Shown: positions 1-9,556 of the stretch, piece after piece
Position numbering within the stretch: position 1 is the stretch's first letter
How the letters are laid out: each line of letters starts with the position of its first letter
NCBI GenBank assembly: GCA_965228875.1
Contig: OZ245843.1
Coordinates: forward strand, 2,648,616-2,712,615
Direction: 5' to 3'
Origin: Thalassobaculaceae bacterium
GTDB lineage: Bacteria > Pseudomonadota > Alphaproteobacteria > Thalassobaculales > Thalassobaculaceae
DNA: 64,000 bases
Program-made: the position numbers and the translations under genes
Notes under the pieces: model-generated
Database searches by the model: none
Told to the model about the DNA's origin: nothing
Seen by the model: only the letters and a program-made list of their open reading frames with translations

Positions 1-200
1 CGAGCTTCGAGATCCGCGCCGACACCCTGCGCGCGGAGTTCGGCGTCTCGACCGTCGAGTTCGCGGTCGTCCTGATCGGCAAGGACGGCGGCGAGAAGCT
101 GCGCCGCGACGCCGCCGTGACCGCCGACGAGCTGTTCGCCACCGTCGATTCCATGCCCATGCGCCAACGCGAAAGGCGCGAACGCGAACAGAAGGCCTAA
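1..200 (+). CDS. DUF4174-family protein, C-terminal part (5' end outside window)
   Basis: Frame 3 reads ...FAVVLIGKDGGEKLRR...LFATVDSMPMRQRE..., stop TAA at 198-200; LIGKDGG and MPMR motifs are typical of DUF4174. Confidence 0.75.
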   Translation, partial: SFEIRADTLRAEFGVSTVEFAVVLIGKDGGEKLRRDAAVTADELFATVDSMPMRQRERREREQKA

Positions 201-436
201 GCGGACAGAAAGGCTGAGCCGAGCCCGGCACCTACCTGCGGAACGGTTGCACGAGCTGCCCGAGGGAGCCACGCGGCATCCGATGAGCGACCGCGACTGT
301 CGACGGCACCCGATAGCCGACTCGTCGAGAATCGCTCCGGCGATCCCTGCCAAGCGGACCGGGGCGCTGTGCGGGAGGCCCGAGGGAACCCAATCATATC
401 CATTGCAAATCAACGCCTTGGTCAGGACCCGCCACG

Positions 437-486
437 AAGCGCACGGCGTGCGCAGAAGGGCCTTGAAAAGCGCACAAAGTGCGCTT
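437..486. promoter_or_regulatory. Two tandem palindromic operator-like sites AAGCGCAC-N3-GTGCGC, adjoining a TTGAAA -35-like hexamer
   Basis: aagcgcac-ggc-gtgcgc at 437-453 and aagcgcac-aaa-gtgcgctt at 468-486, 31 bp apart, just upstream of the RBS and ATG at 509. Confidence 0.5.
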
Positions 487-508
487 AAATCGGCCTAGGG
501 AGGACATC

Positions 509-910
509 ATGGCCGATACCGTTGAACAGAGCCGACCGGCGCCGCGCCTGCGGCTGGTGGGCGGGAACCCGCGTGGCTTCCGTCCGCTGATGGCGATCCA
601 CACGCTCGACCGGCAGCGTGCCGCGATCGACCGGCGGCTGCGTCGGCCCGGCACCGATCCGCAGGTCGACGCGCGCCTGCGCCGCCAACGCGCGCTGATT
701 GCCGCGATCCTGGCCGCACGGCCGTTCGAGCCGCGGCGCGCCCGGAGGCTGGAGCAGGAACTGCGCTGGCTCGTCCGCGCCGACACGACCGGGGTACAAG
801 AGGAACGCACCGGTCTCGGGCGACGCCTCGGACACGGAGTGCGCGCGTTGCTAAGCACTGTTCTGCGCCCTCTTCTGCGTTCGGGCGAAGCCCCCTCCCT
901 CCCCGCCTGA
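509..910 (+). CDS. Small Arg-rich hypothetical protein
   Basis: GGGAGGA RBS before ATG 509; first gene of the apparent operon with CHAD and ParA. Confidence 0.55.
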   Translation: MADTVEQSRPAPRLRLVGGNPRGFRPLMAIHTLDRQRAAIDRRLRRPGTDPQVDARLRRQRALIAAILAARPFEPRRARRLEQELRWLVRADTTGVQEERTGLGRRLGHGVRALLSTVLRPLLRSGEAPSLPA

Positions 911-959
911 CCGGCCCCACGACGGAAGCAAAGACGGAACCAAGGAAAGCGCCAACGCC

Positions 960-2570
960 GTGCTGATGTCCCACGCCAACGCCTTCACCCCGCCGGCCAG
1001 TTGGCCCCGGTCCGAGCGCGAGTTCTCGGCCGCTGTCGAAACCGTGCGCGGACCGTGCGCGGCCGACGCCACGACCACCGAGGCCTGGACCGTCACGCTG
1101 CGCGACACCGCCGATCACCGGGTCGCGCGCGCCGGCTACCGCCTGAGCTGCGCCCCGACCGGCGACCGGCGCGAGGACTGGCGGTTGATCGGCCCTGACG
1201 GCGAGGTGGCGGCGTCCGCCGCTGTCGCACTTCCCGCCGCCGCCTTCGGCGACGAGTTGCCCTCCGGCCCGCTGCAGACGCTGCTGACCGATCTCAGCCG
1301 AGGCCGCGCGCTGCACCCGGTGGCCGAGATGCGGGTCGAGGAGACCGTGACCGCCCTGCGCGACGACGAGGGCAAGATCCGCTGCCGGCTGGTCCTGACC
1401 GTGGCCACCGGATCGGAGGGGACGCGCCGGGTCGAGTTCGGCGTCCGCGCCCTCAAGGGCTACGAGGCCGATGCCCGCCGGGTCCGCGCCCGCATCGCCG
1501 ACCAGTTCGGCTGGCCGGTCCAGTCGGTCCCGGCCGTCGCCCAGGTTCAGGCCGCCATGGTCCCGGCGGCCGGGCTTGCGGGCGGCGACATCAGGGCCGA
1601 CGACCCCGCCGGACCGGCCATGCGCGAGATCCTCTCGGCCCTGCTCGACGTGCTGGAGGACCGGCTGTCCGGCGTGCTCGCCGACCGCCATCCGGACTAT
1701 CTGCATCAGTTCCGCGTCGCCGTCCGCCGCACCCGCTCGGCGCTGTCGCAGCTGTCCGAGGCCATCGCCCTGGAGGGACGGGCCGAAGCCGTGGACGGCT
1801 TCCGCTGGCTCGGCCAGGTGACCAGCGCGGCGCGCGACCTCGACGTCCAACTCATGGACCTCGCCGCCCGCCGGGCCGAACTGGGCGCGGAGGGGGCCAC
1901 GCTCGACCCGCTGGAGAGGCACCTGATCGCGGTGAAGACGGCGGCCCATCGCGACCTGGTCCTGGAGCTGTCCGGTACCCGCTTCCAGACCCTCATCAAC
2001 CACTGGCGGGCGAGTCTGAGCCCGTCCAGCGCCAACTGGACGGCGACCGAGGCCCTGCGCGCGCCGTTCGGCGCCGTCGTCGCGGCCCGCGCCCGCAGGC
2101 TCCTGAACAAAGTGCTGCGCGACGGGCGCCGCATCGGCCCGCACAGCGAGGCGGAGATGCTGCACGACCTGCGCAAGCGCATGAAGAAGCTGCGCTACGT
2201 CACCGAGTTTCTCGCCGAGGTGCTGCCCCGGGCGGAGGTCAAGCCGGCGATCAAGGCGCTGAAGGGGCTGCAGGACGTGCTCGGCCGGGTCCAGGACCGC
2301 GAGATCCAGGTCGAGGCCCTGCGCGGCTACGGACGGGCGCTGGCCGGCCGGTCCGGCGGCTCCGCCGAGGCGCTGATGGCGATCGGCGCGTGGGGCGAGG
2401 AACTCGACCGCGACCGCCGGGTCGCCCGCGCCGAGTTCGCCGACGCCTTCGAACGCTTCGCGGCCAGCGAGACGCAAGCCGTGTTCCATGGCATTTTCGC
2501 CCGGCACGACGACAAGGCGCACGGCGGCAAGGGGCACGGGCGACGAAACCGCCCGGGGGAGAAGCGATGA
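960..2570 (+). CDS. CHAD domain protein with N-terminal CYTH-like region (polyphosphate-binding family)
   Basis: CHAD motifs LHQFRVAVRRTRS, ARDLDV, LHDLRKRMKKLRY and LQDVLGRVQDREIQ; start may be ATG 966. Confidence 0.85.
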   Translation: MLMSHANAFTPPASWPRSEREFSAAVETVRGPCAADATTTEAWTVTLRDTADHRVARAGYRLSCAPTGDRREDWRLIGPDGEVAASAAVALPAAAFGDELPSGPLQTLLTDLSRGRALHPVAEMRVEETVTALRDDEGKIRCRLVLTVATGSEGTRRVEFGVRALKGYEADARRVRARIADQFGWPVQSVPAVAQVQAAMVPAAGLAGGDIRADDPAGPAMREILSALLDVLEDRLSGVLADRHPDYLHQFRVAVRRTRSALSQLSEAIALEGRAEAVDGFRWLGQVTSAARDLDVQLMDLAARRAELGAEGATLDPLERHLIAVKTAAHRDLVLELSGTRFQTLINHWRASLSPSSANWTATEALRAPFGAVVAARARRLLNKVLRDGRRIGPHSEAEMLHDLRKRMKKLRYVTEFLAEVLPRAEVKPAIKALKGLQDVLGRVQDREIQVEALRGYGRALAGRSGGSAEALMAIGAWGEELDRDRRVARAEFADAFERFAASETQAVFHGIFARHDDKAHGGKGHGRRNRPGEKR

Positions 2571-3310
2571 GGATCCTGGCGAGCTACAACATCAAGGGCG
2601 GCGTCGGCAAGACGGCGGCGGCCGTCAACCTCGCCCACGTGGCGGCACAGCGCGGCCACCGGGTCCTGGTCATCGACCTCGACCCCCAGGGGGCGGCGAG
2701 CTTCTACTTCCGGGTCAAGCCGAAGGTGAAGGGCGGCGGCAAGGGCCTGGTCAGCGGCAAGCGCGACCTGGACGACCTGATCAAGGCCACCGACCACGAG
2801 AACCTGGACCTGATCCCCGCCGACTTCCGCTTCCGCAACCTGGACCTGCTGCTGGAGGCGGAGAAGAAGTCGACCAGCCGCCTGCGCAAGCTGCTGAAGC
2901 CGCTGGCGGGCGAGTACGACATCGTCATCCTCGACTGCCCGCCCAGCGTCTCCCTGGTCTCCGAGGCGGTGTTCGAGGCGGCCGACGCCCTGGTCGTCCC
3001 GCTGATCCCGACCACCCTGTCGCTGCGCACCTACGACCAGCTCGAGGACTTCCGCAAGGAGCAGAAGATCAAGAAGCTGAAGCTCCTCCCGTTCTTCTCC
3101 ATGGTCGACCGCCGCAAGGCCCTGCACCGCGAGATCCTCGAGACCTTCCCGAAGGACCACAAGAACACGCTGGGCGTGCCGATCCCCTATGCCAGCGCCG
3201 TCGAGCGCATGGGCGTGGAACGCGAACCGCTGACGGCCTTCGCTCCAAGAACGGCCGTGGCGGGGGCGTATCGCGCGCTCTGGGACGCGGTGGACGCGGC
3301 GACGGGATAG
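2567..3310 (+). CDS. ParA/MinD-family ATPase
   Basis: MRILASYNIKGGVGKT (deviant Walker A), IDLDPQG, ILDCPP; ATGA overlap with the CHAD stop. Confidence 0.92.
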   Translation: MRILASYNIKGGVGKTAAAVNLAHVAAQRGHRVLVIDLDPQGAASFYFRVKPKVKGGGKGLVSGKRDLDDLIKATDHENLDLIPADFRFRNLDLLLEAEKKSTSRLRKLLKPLAGEYDIVILDCPPSVSLVSEAVFEAADALVVPLIPTTLSLRTYDQLEDFRKEQKIKKLKLLPFFSMVDRRKALHREILETFPKDHKNTLGVPIPYASAVERMGVEREPLTAFAPRTAVAGAYRALWDAVDAATG

Positions 3311-3474
3311 CGCTCCGCCAACTCCCGCCTCTCCACACTCCCCGGCCCTGTGCCGGGGCCCACGACGAGGCCGTCCCGTCCCCCCCCCTCAGAACACGCC
3401 CGGAACCCGAGGCGGCTGACGCGTGGATCCCGGGCCAGGTCCGGGAAGTCGTGGAAAGAGCGCTGGAAAACACG

Positions 3475-3966
3475 TCAATCGACGTCGATGCCAGCCCTGT
3501 TCATTGCCAATCTGACGTCGGTAGAAACAGCCATGATAGCCGCGGCCAATGACCGAAGGTGCTCTGACGAAATTGGCTGCTTTTGCCGCCCGCCTTTTCC
3601 TCGGTGCACCTCAACAAACATCTCAGGCACTGTCCTATTTAGAAAGTAGACGCCGTGAACGGCTCTGTTTCTCGGGTCTGAAAGTTCATTCTGGATAGAC
3701 TTCCTAGCCGCTTTCATGGAAACTATAAGTTGATGATCGCATCCTAAATGCTGTCCTAAGTTGATGGCCATGTTGGCCCGGGGGAGAATGTCTAGGCCGC
3801 CTGTGACGATGATACCGGTATCTCGATCTAGATTGAGAAGCCGCCAAATCACGACTGAGAACAGGTATTCGAGGTAAGACCATTGGCGGCAGATATTCCC
3901 GATTGCCAAGAGGATGGCTGGATCGTCGTCGTAGTGGCATTTCTCTGTCACAGTCTCCCGTCCCAA
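3475..3966 (-). CDS. Hypothetical protein in a low-GC islet
   Basis: 163-aa ORF with AIG..WSYLE and RNRAVHG (RxxxxH) motifs; visibly AT-richer than the flanks; start uncertain. Confidence 0.6.
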   Translation of the reverse strand: MGRETVTEKCHYDDDPAILLAIGNICRQWSYLEYLFSVVIWRLLNLDRDTGIIVTGGLDILPRANMAINLGQHLGCDHQLIVSMKAARKSIQNELSDPRNRAVHGVYFLNRTVPEMFVEVHRGKGGRQKQPISSEHLRSLAAAIMAVSTDVRLAMNRAGIDVD

Positions 3967-4112
3967 TGTCAGCTTCTAAGTATCGGGTTTTAAATATAAG
4001 GCGCCGAATGCGACACTCTGACTATGAGCAAAGCATAGAAAGACATTCGCCTGATAGCCGCGAGCACATAGAGCCTGTAGCCGATAAGTAAGACGCTTGC
4101 TTGCGAGGCGCC

Positions 4113-4862
4113 TCAAACCCCAAACACCCTCCCCCACCCCTTGATCCCCGACGCATCCCCGCCCGCCGCGCGGATCGCGCCCCAGAGCGCGACCGAGACG
4201 CTGTCGAGCAGGGTGATGCCGAGGTCGGACTCCAGGCGGTCGGCCAGCGCCGCGCCGCGCAGGTTGGTGCAGAGCACGACCACGGCCTCGGCCCCCTCGG
4301 CGGCGACCTCGCGGGTCATGCGCTCGATCTCGGATTCCGGCACCTCGGCGAAGGCGAAGTTCTCGGTGATGTCGAGCCGGCGGTCGGCGGCGACCGGGAA
4401 GCCTTCCGCCGCGAAATTGGCCCGCACCCGCTCCTGCACCCCGGCCACATAGGGGGTCACCAGGCCGACCCGCTTCCCCGGGAGCGCCGCCAGGGCGTCC
4501 AGGGTCGCCAGCACGGCGGAGGTCGCCGGCACGCCGGTCTGATCGGCGATCGCCCGGCACAGCGCCCGGTCGCGGTCGGGGCCGAGCCAGCCGGCCGAGG
4601 TGCCGTTCCAGCACACCGAGCCGACCCGCGCCTCGGCCAGCAGCGCCGCCGCCTCGACCATGGGTGCGGTGTCGAACTGGGCGGTCGAGCCGGATCCCAG
4701 CGAGATCTCGGTCACCCGGATGCGCGCCGCATGGGCGGTGATCCGCGGCACCCCGGCCAGCAGCCGCGCCGTCATCGGCTCCAGCACGGTGTTGGAGGAC
4801 GGGGTGATCATGCCGAGGCGCAGGTGGGGGCGCATTTGGGAATGCAGGCAGGGTTCGGTCAT
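4113..4862 (-). CDS. Asp/Glu racemase / maleate isomerase / arylmalonate decarboxylase family protein
   Basis: LGMITPSSNTVLEP, WNGTS, GLVTPY and LCTNL motifs. Confidence 0.85.
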   Translation of the reverse strand: MTEPCLHSQMRPHLRLGMITPSSNTVLEPMTARLLAGVPRITAHAARIRVTEISLGSGSTAQFDTAPMVEAAALLAEARVGSVCWNGTSAGWLGPDRDRALCRAIADQTGVPATSAVLATLDALAALPGKRVGLVTPYVAGVQERVRANFAAEGFPVAADRRLDITENFAFAEVPESEIERMTREVAAEGAEAVVVLCTNLRGAALADRLESDLGITLLDSVSVALWGAIRAAGGDASGIKGWGRVFGV

Positions 4863-6109
4863 GTCCCGGTCTCCCCGGCCCCGGTGTGCTCATCATGGTT
4901 CTCGGATGGGCGGGGGCCAACCAGCAGGGTGAGGGCGAAGGCCGCCGTCGCCGCCAGCGCCAGGTAGGTCGCCTGCCAGATGCCGAAGGACACGAGCACC
5001 GGCGCCAGGCCAACCGCCAGCAACGCGGTGCCCCAGGGCCGCCGGCGGGGCTCCATCCGGCCGATCCGCCAGGCGATCGCCGCGACGAAGGCGATGCCGA
5101 GAAGGACGCCGACAAGCCCGCCCTCGATCCAGAGCTGCAGGCCGGCATTGTGCGGGTGCGGTTCCGGCTTGGTCATCTTCCGCGCCCGCTCCAGGCGTTC
5201 GGGCGCGATCGGCCGGTGGTCGAACGCGTCGATCCCCCAGCCCAGCAGCGGCCGTTCCCGCGCCAGCGCCGCCCCGTGGTCCCAGAGCTCCAGGCGGTGG
5301 CGGATCGCCGGGTCCATGGGGACCGCGCGGCTGTCGGCCCAGTCGTAGGCCGCCGGCGCCGCCCAGGGCGCCGACAGCATCTGCAGCGCCACCACGACCA
5401 CCAGAGCGCCCCGCACCAGCCGCTCCGCGACGGCGGAGACGGCGAGTGTCAGCACCGCCAGCAACACGCAGAGCTGCGCCGTCAGGGAGTCGCCGAGCGC
5501 CACCACCGCCCCGGCGAGCGCGAACAGACCCAGCGCCGCCCCTCGTCGCCCGTGCAGCCACAGCCAGGCGGCTGCCGGCACGGTCAGCGCCACGGTCGCC
5601 ACCAGCCCGCGGTTGAACCGCGACAGGGACACGAAGGCTTCGGCCGCCCGCCCGTCCAGCAGCCGGTAGATCGGCGCGTCGAAGGCAAGCTCGACCGCGG
5701 CCACGGCGAGGCCGACCGCCACCCCGGCGACCAGCGCGACGCCGGCGGCCCGCCGGTCGATCCGCGTCGCCGCCACCATGCCACCCGCCGCCAGCGGCAG
5801 CAGCACCAGCACCGATCCCGCCGCCTGCGGCCAGCGCGCCGCGCAGGGCGGACAGGCGGGCGCCAGCGCTATGTCGAGCAGAAAGACCGCCAGCAGGCCG
5901 ACGGCCGGCACCGCGAGGGTGCGACCCGGCCACGGGACCCGACGGCCGGCCAGCATCGCCGCCGCCAGCAGCACGGCGAGCGTCACCGCCAGCGCGCTCA
6001 TCCCGTGCTTGGCCAGGATGCCGACGGTCGGGAAGGCCAGCAGGACCGCGGCCGCCAGCCAGGTCGCCGCGCGCCCGTCGTCGATCCAGCCCGGTAGGCG
6101 TACCGACAT
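4859..6109 (-). CDS. O-antigen ligase (WaaL/Wzy_C)-like membrane protein
   Basis: Multiple hydrophobic segments; HRLELW..., PLLGWG and HPHNAGLQLWIEGGLVG motifs. Confidence 0.85.
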   Translation of the reverse strand: MSVRLPGWIDDGRAATWLAAAVLLAFPTVGILAKHGMSALAVTLAVLLAAAMLAGRRVPWPGRTLAVPAVGLLAVFLLDIALAPACPPCAARWPQAAGSVLVLLPLAAGGMVAATRIDRRAAGVALVAGVAVGLAVAAVELAFDAPIYRLLDGRAAEAFVSLSRFNRGLVATVALTVPAAAWLWLHGRRGAALGLFALAGAVVALGDSLTAQLCVLLAVLTLAVSAVAERLVRGALVVVVALQMLSAPWAAPAAYDWADSRAVPMDPAIRHRLELWDHGAALARERPLLGWGIDAFDHRPIAPERLERARKMTKPEPHPHNAGLQLWIEGGLVGVLLGIAFVAAIAWRIGRMEPRRRPWGTALLAVGLAPVLVSFGIWQATYLALAATAAFALTLLVGPRPSENHDEHTGAGETGT

Positions 6110-6115
6110 CGCCGC

Positions 6116-6919
6116 TCACCGCCCCTTGTAGACGGGCTTGCGCTTCTCGTTGAAGGCGCGCACGCCCTCCAGCCGGTCCTCGGTCGGCACCGTGCGGTTG
6201 TAGGCCTCGATCTCGAAGTCGTAGCCGTTCTTCAGGTCCATCATCTCCGAGGCGTTGATCGACTTCTTGGCCTGACGCACCGAGATCGGGGCGTTGCCGG
6301 CAATCTTGCGCGCGGTCTCCATCGCCGCCTCCAGCAGGGTGCCGTCGGGGCAGACCCGGTTCACCGCGCCCCATTCCAGCGCCTCCTCGGCGGAGAACGG
6401 CGTGCCGGTCAGGATGATCTCCTTGGCCCGGCGCAGGCCGACGGCGCGCGGCAGGTTCTGTGTCCCGGCGGCGCCCGGGATGATGCCGAGAGTCACCTCG
6501 GTCAGCGCGAAGCGGGCGTTGGGAGCCGCGTAGGCGAAGTCGCAGCCGAGCACGATCTCCAGCCCGCCGGCGAAGGCGGCGCCGTTGACCGCCGCGATGA
6601 TCGGCACCGGGCAGTCGAGCTGGGCCTTCACCATCTGCTCGAACAGCGCGTGCTGGCGGCGCCAGTCGGCATCGGTCATGCCGTTGCGCTCCTTCAGGTC
6701 GCCGCCGGCGCAGAAGGCCTTGTCCCCGCGCCCGGTCAGCACGACGCAGCGCACCGCGCCGGCGTCGCGGTACAGATCGGTCCAGAGATCGCGCAGGTCG
6801 AACCCCATCTGGGTGTTCAGCGCGTTGCGCACGTCCGGCCGGTCCAGGGTGGCCAGCAGGATGTGCTCGTCGGCCATCTCCAGGGTCACGGTCTCGAAGC
6901 TCATTCCGTCCACGCTCAT
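6116..6919 (-). CDS. Enoyl-CoA hydratase/isomerase (crotonase family)
   Basis: LDRPDVRNAL, AFCAGGDLKE, AAVNGAAFAGGLE and EVTLGIIPGAAGTQ; start ATG 6919 or 6904. Confidence 0.92.
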   Translation of the reverse strand: MSVDGMSFETVTLEMADEHILLATLDRPDVRNALNTQMGFDLRDLWTDLYRDAGAVRCVVLTGRGDKAFCAGGDLKERNGMTDADWRRQHALFEQMVKAQLDCPVPIIAAVNGAAFAGGLEIVLGCDFAYAAPNARFALTEVTLGIIPGAAGTQNLPRAVGLRRAKEIILTGTPFSAEEALEWGAVNRVCPDGTLLEAAMETARKIAGNAPISVRQAKKSINASEMMDLKNGYDFEIEAYNRTVPTEDRLEGVRAFNEKRKPVYKGR

Positions 6920-7050
6920 GCGAAACAATCCTCTCAATGTGGCGGCCACCATCATGGCGGCGCCGTCGGCGGCCCGTCTACGGACCGCGTGCCTTGCGAC
7001 GTGCAGGGCTATCATGCTCCGTTCGCGCTTTCGACCGACCGGATGCCGCC

Positions 7051-9156
7051 ATGGCCGACACGCCCGCCACCGCCCCGCCCCTTCCCGATCCCTCCGGCGG
7101 ACCATATGCGGCGATCCGGGCGGCGATCCGCGCCGGGCGGACGCACGAGGCCCTGGCGGAAAGCGGACGCGCGCTGGCGGCCGCGCCGGGCGATGCGCTG
7201 CTCTGGCAGCTGCGGGCGGTGGCGATCCGGCGGTCTCCCAGCGCGTCGCCGGACCCCGAGCCCTGTCTGCGCCGGGCGCTTGCCCTCGCCCCGACCGCCG
7301 CCGGCGCCTGGGCCGAGCTCTGCATCGCCCGTCAGCACCGCTCGGACGGCCGCGGCGTCGACCGGGCGCTTTGGCGGGCGCTGCTGTCCGATCCGGCGAA
7401 CGATGCGGTCTGCGCCCTGGCGCTGCGGCTGCACGGCACCGCGCCGGCGACGGTCGCCGCGTTGCGCGCCCTGCGCCCGGACCTGGCCGAACACCATCAC
7501 GCCGCGGCCGTCCTCGACCGGATACGCGGCCGCGACGGCCCCGCCCGCGACGGGTTCCGCCGCACGCTCTGCCTCGAGCCGGGTCACGGCGGCGCGATCC
7601 GGCAGCTGGACCGCGATCCCACGACCCCGCCCGAGGCGCGCGACCGGTTGCGCTGGCTCGACCGGCTGGCCGTTCTGAGCGCGCCGCTTGAGGCGCTCTG
7701 GCTGAAGGCCGGCAGCGCCCAGCCGAGCCTGCTGGAGCGCGAGGAGGACGGCGCCGAGTTCGCCCGCCGCCAGCGCGCCGCGATCCTCGCCCTGCTCGAC
7801 CATCCTGGCGGGGCGACGCACGCGCCGGACGCCGCCCCGATCGCGACCTTCGCCTCGGCCTACTGGGGGATCGACAACACCGATCTGGTCGCGGCCGCCG
7901 GGCGGCTGACCGTCCGCCGCGCCGCCGCCCGTTTCACCACCGCCCGTTTCGCCGGTCCCCCGGCCGCGCCGCTCCCGATCCGCCGGCGACCTTCGAGCCG
8001 TCCCTCCGTCGGCATCGTCACCGCCCACGGCTTCACCCACGCGGTCTGGACCGCCGTCGGCAGCGACTGGGTGGCGCACCTCGCCGGCACCGATGCCTCG
8101 GTGACGCTGTACGACGTCTACGGCCGCGCCGACGCCGCCGTCGCGCGCTCGGTCGACGCGACGATCGCCGGGCCGCGGCCGGTCGCGGCCTGGGTCGAGG
8201 CGGTGGGAGACGCCGGCCACGACATCCTGCTGTATCCCGAGATCGGCATGGACCCGACGACGATGACCCTGGCCGCCCTGCGCCTGGCGCCGCTGCAGGT
8301 GGCCGGCTGGGGCCACCCGACGACCAGCGGCCTGGCAACCGTCGACCGCTACCTCAGCGCCGAGCGGTTCGAGACCGCCGACGCCGACGCCCACTACGTC
8401 GAGCGTCTGATCCGCCTGCCCGGGGTCGGCGTGCGGGTACGCCCCGACCGCCGGCCGGCCGAGCCGCTGCCGCGCGCCGAACTCGGCCTCGGCGAGGGCG
8501 AGGCGGCGGTGGCGCTGACCCAGAGCGTGTTCAAGTACACCCCGGCCTTCGACGCCCTGCTCGCCCGCATCGCCCGGGCCGAGCCCTCGGTGCGCTTCCT
8601 GGTCTTCGCCGCCGGCAGCCCGGACCAGGTGGCGTTCTGGCGGCGACGCGTCGCCACCGCCTTCGCCGCCGAGAGCGTGACGGCGGACCGGGTTCTCCGC
8701 CTGCTGCCGCGGATGCCGATGGCGCGGTTCCGCCGGGCGCTGGCGACGATGGACGCCTATCTCGATCCGCCCGACTTCTCCGGCTACAACACCGGCCTGC
8801 GGGCGCTCGAGACCGGCTGCCCGCTGGTCACCCTGGAGGGGCCGCGCCTGCGCCACCGCCTCGCCGCCGGTCTGCTCCGCGAGGCGGGACTCGGCGCCGG
8901 CTCCAGCGGGGCCGTGGGAGGGACCGGGGGAGGGGCCGGGGACGGATACGCGGCTGGGGCCGATGACCTTGGACCGACCGGCGACGCCGACGCCTACATG
9001 GCCCGGGTGCTGCGCCTGGTCCGCGACCCGCAGGCCCGCGCCGCCGCCCGCGCCGCCCAGCGCGCCGGCCTCGACCGCCTGACCCGCGCCGGCGACGGAA
9101 GCGACGGCCGCCCGGACCTCCGCGCCGCCTTCCTGCGCGCCCTCGACCTGGGATAG
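7051..9156 (+). CDS. TPR-containing O-GlcNAc transferase/SPINDLY-like glycosyltransferase (GT41)
   Basis: DILLYPEIGMD, RLAPLQVAGWGHPTTSGLATVDRYLS, QSVFKY and FSGYNT motifs; degenerate TPR-like N-terminus. Confidence 0.8.
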   Translation: MADTPATAPPLPDPSGGPYAAIRAAIRAGRTHEALAESGRALAAAPGDALLWQLRAVAIRRSPSASPDPEPCLRRALALAPTAAGAWAELCIARQHRSDGRGVDRALWRALLSDPANDAVCALALRLHGTAPATVAALRALRPDLAEHHHAAAVLDRIRGRDGPARDGFRRTLCLEPGHGGAIRQLDRDPTTPPEARDRLRWLDRLAVLSAPLEALWLKAGSAQPSLLEREEDGAEFARRQRAAILALLDHPGGATHAPDAAPIATFASAYWGIDNTDLVAAAGRLTVRRAAARFTTARFAGPPAAPLPIRRRPSSRPSVGIVTAHGFTHAVWTAVGSDWVAHLAGTDASVTLYDVYGRADAAVARSVDATIAGPRPVAAWVEAVGDAGHDILLYPEIGMDPTTMTLAALRLAPLQVAGWGHPTTSGLATVDRYLSAERFETADADAHYVERLIRLPGVGVRVRPDRRPAEPLPRAELGLGEGEAAVALTQSVFKYTPAFDALLARIARAEPSVRFLVFAAGSPDQVAFWRRRVATAFAAESVTADRVLRLLPRMPMARFRRALATMDAYLDPPDFSGYNTGLRALETGCPLVTLEGPRLRHRLAAGLLREAGLGAGSSGAVGGTGGGAGDGYAAGADDLGPTGDADAYMARVLRLVRDPQARAAARAAQRAGLDRLTRAGDGSDGRPDLRAAFLRALDLG

Positions 9157-9162
9157 GCGCGG

Positions 9163-9260
9163 GATGGATCGGAACCGGTGGATCGGAACCGGTGGATCGG
9201 CTCCGGGGGATAGACGCTGGTGGATCGGCTCCGGGGGATAGACGCCGGGGGATGGGTGTT
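9163..9260 (+). repeat. Intergenic tandem repeat of a 14-bp unit (about 7 degenerate copies, 28-bp higher-order dimer)
   Basis: gatggatcggaacc / ggtggatcggaacc / ggtggatcggctcc / gggggatagacgct / ggtggatcggctcc / gggggatagacgcc / gggggatgggtgtt. Confidence 0.85.
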
Positions 9261-9323
9261 TAGTGGCGGGGTATGGGTGCCGGGAGCGGACCGCCGGCGG
9301 CGAGAAAAGTCGCCCGGACGGTC

Positions 9324-9352
9324 TCGACAAACCGAATCCGACCCGCTATAAG
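9324..9352 (+). promoter_or_regulatory. Sigma70-type promoter of tRNA-Lys
   Basis: TCGACA (9324-9329), 17-bp spacer, TATAAG (9347-9352), then a GC-rich discriminator upstream of the tRNA. Confidence 0.6.
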
Positions 9353-9417
9353 GCCGCCTCTCTTGCGGCGCCGCCACGGTTTCCCAGGCACGGGTTTCCA
9401 GGCGGCACCACCCGGAT

Positions 9418-9493
<76 letters not shown>

Positions 9494-9556
9494 TCCGAAT
9501 CAAAGAGTTAGCGAATTATTGGCTGCTAGCAGAATTTCCCACAGTATGGCCTAAAG

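Noticed and set aside
9163..9260. Possible CRISPR array
   Set aside because: The units are contiguous 14-mers with no unique spacers, and there are no cas genes in the window
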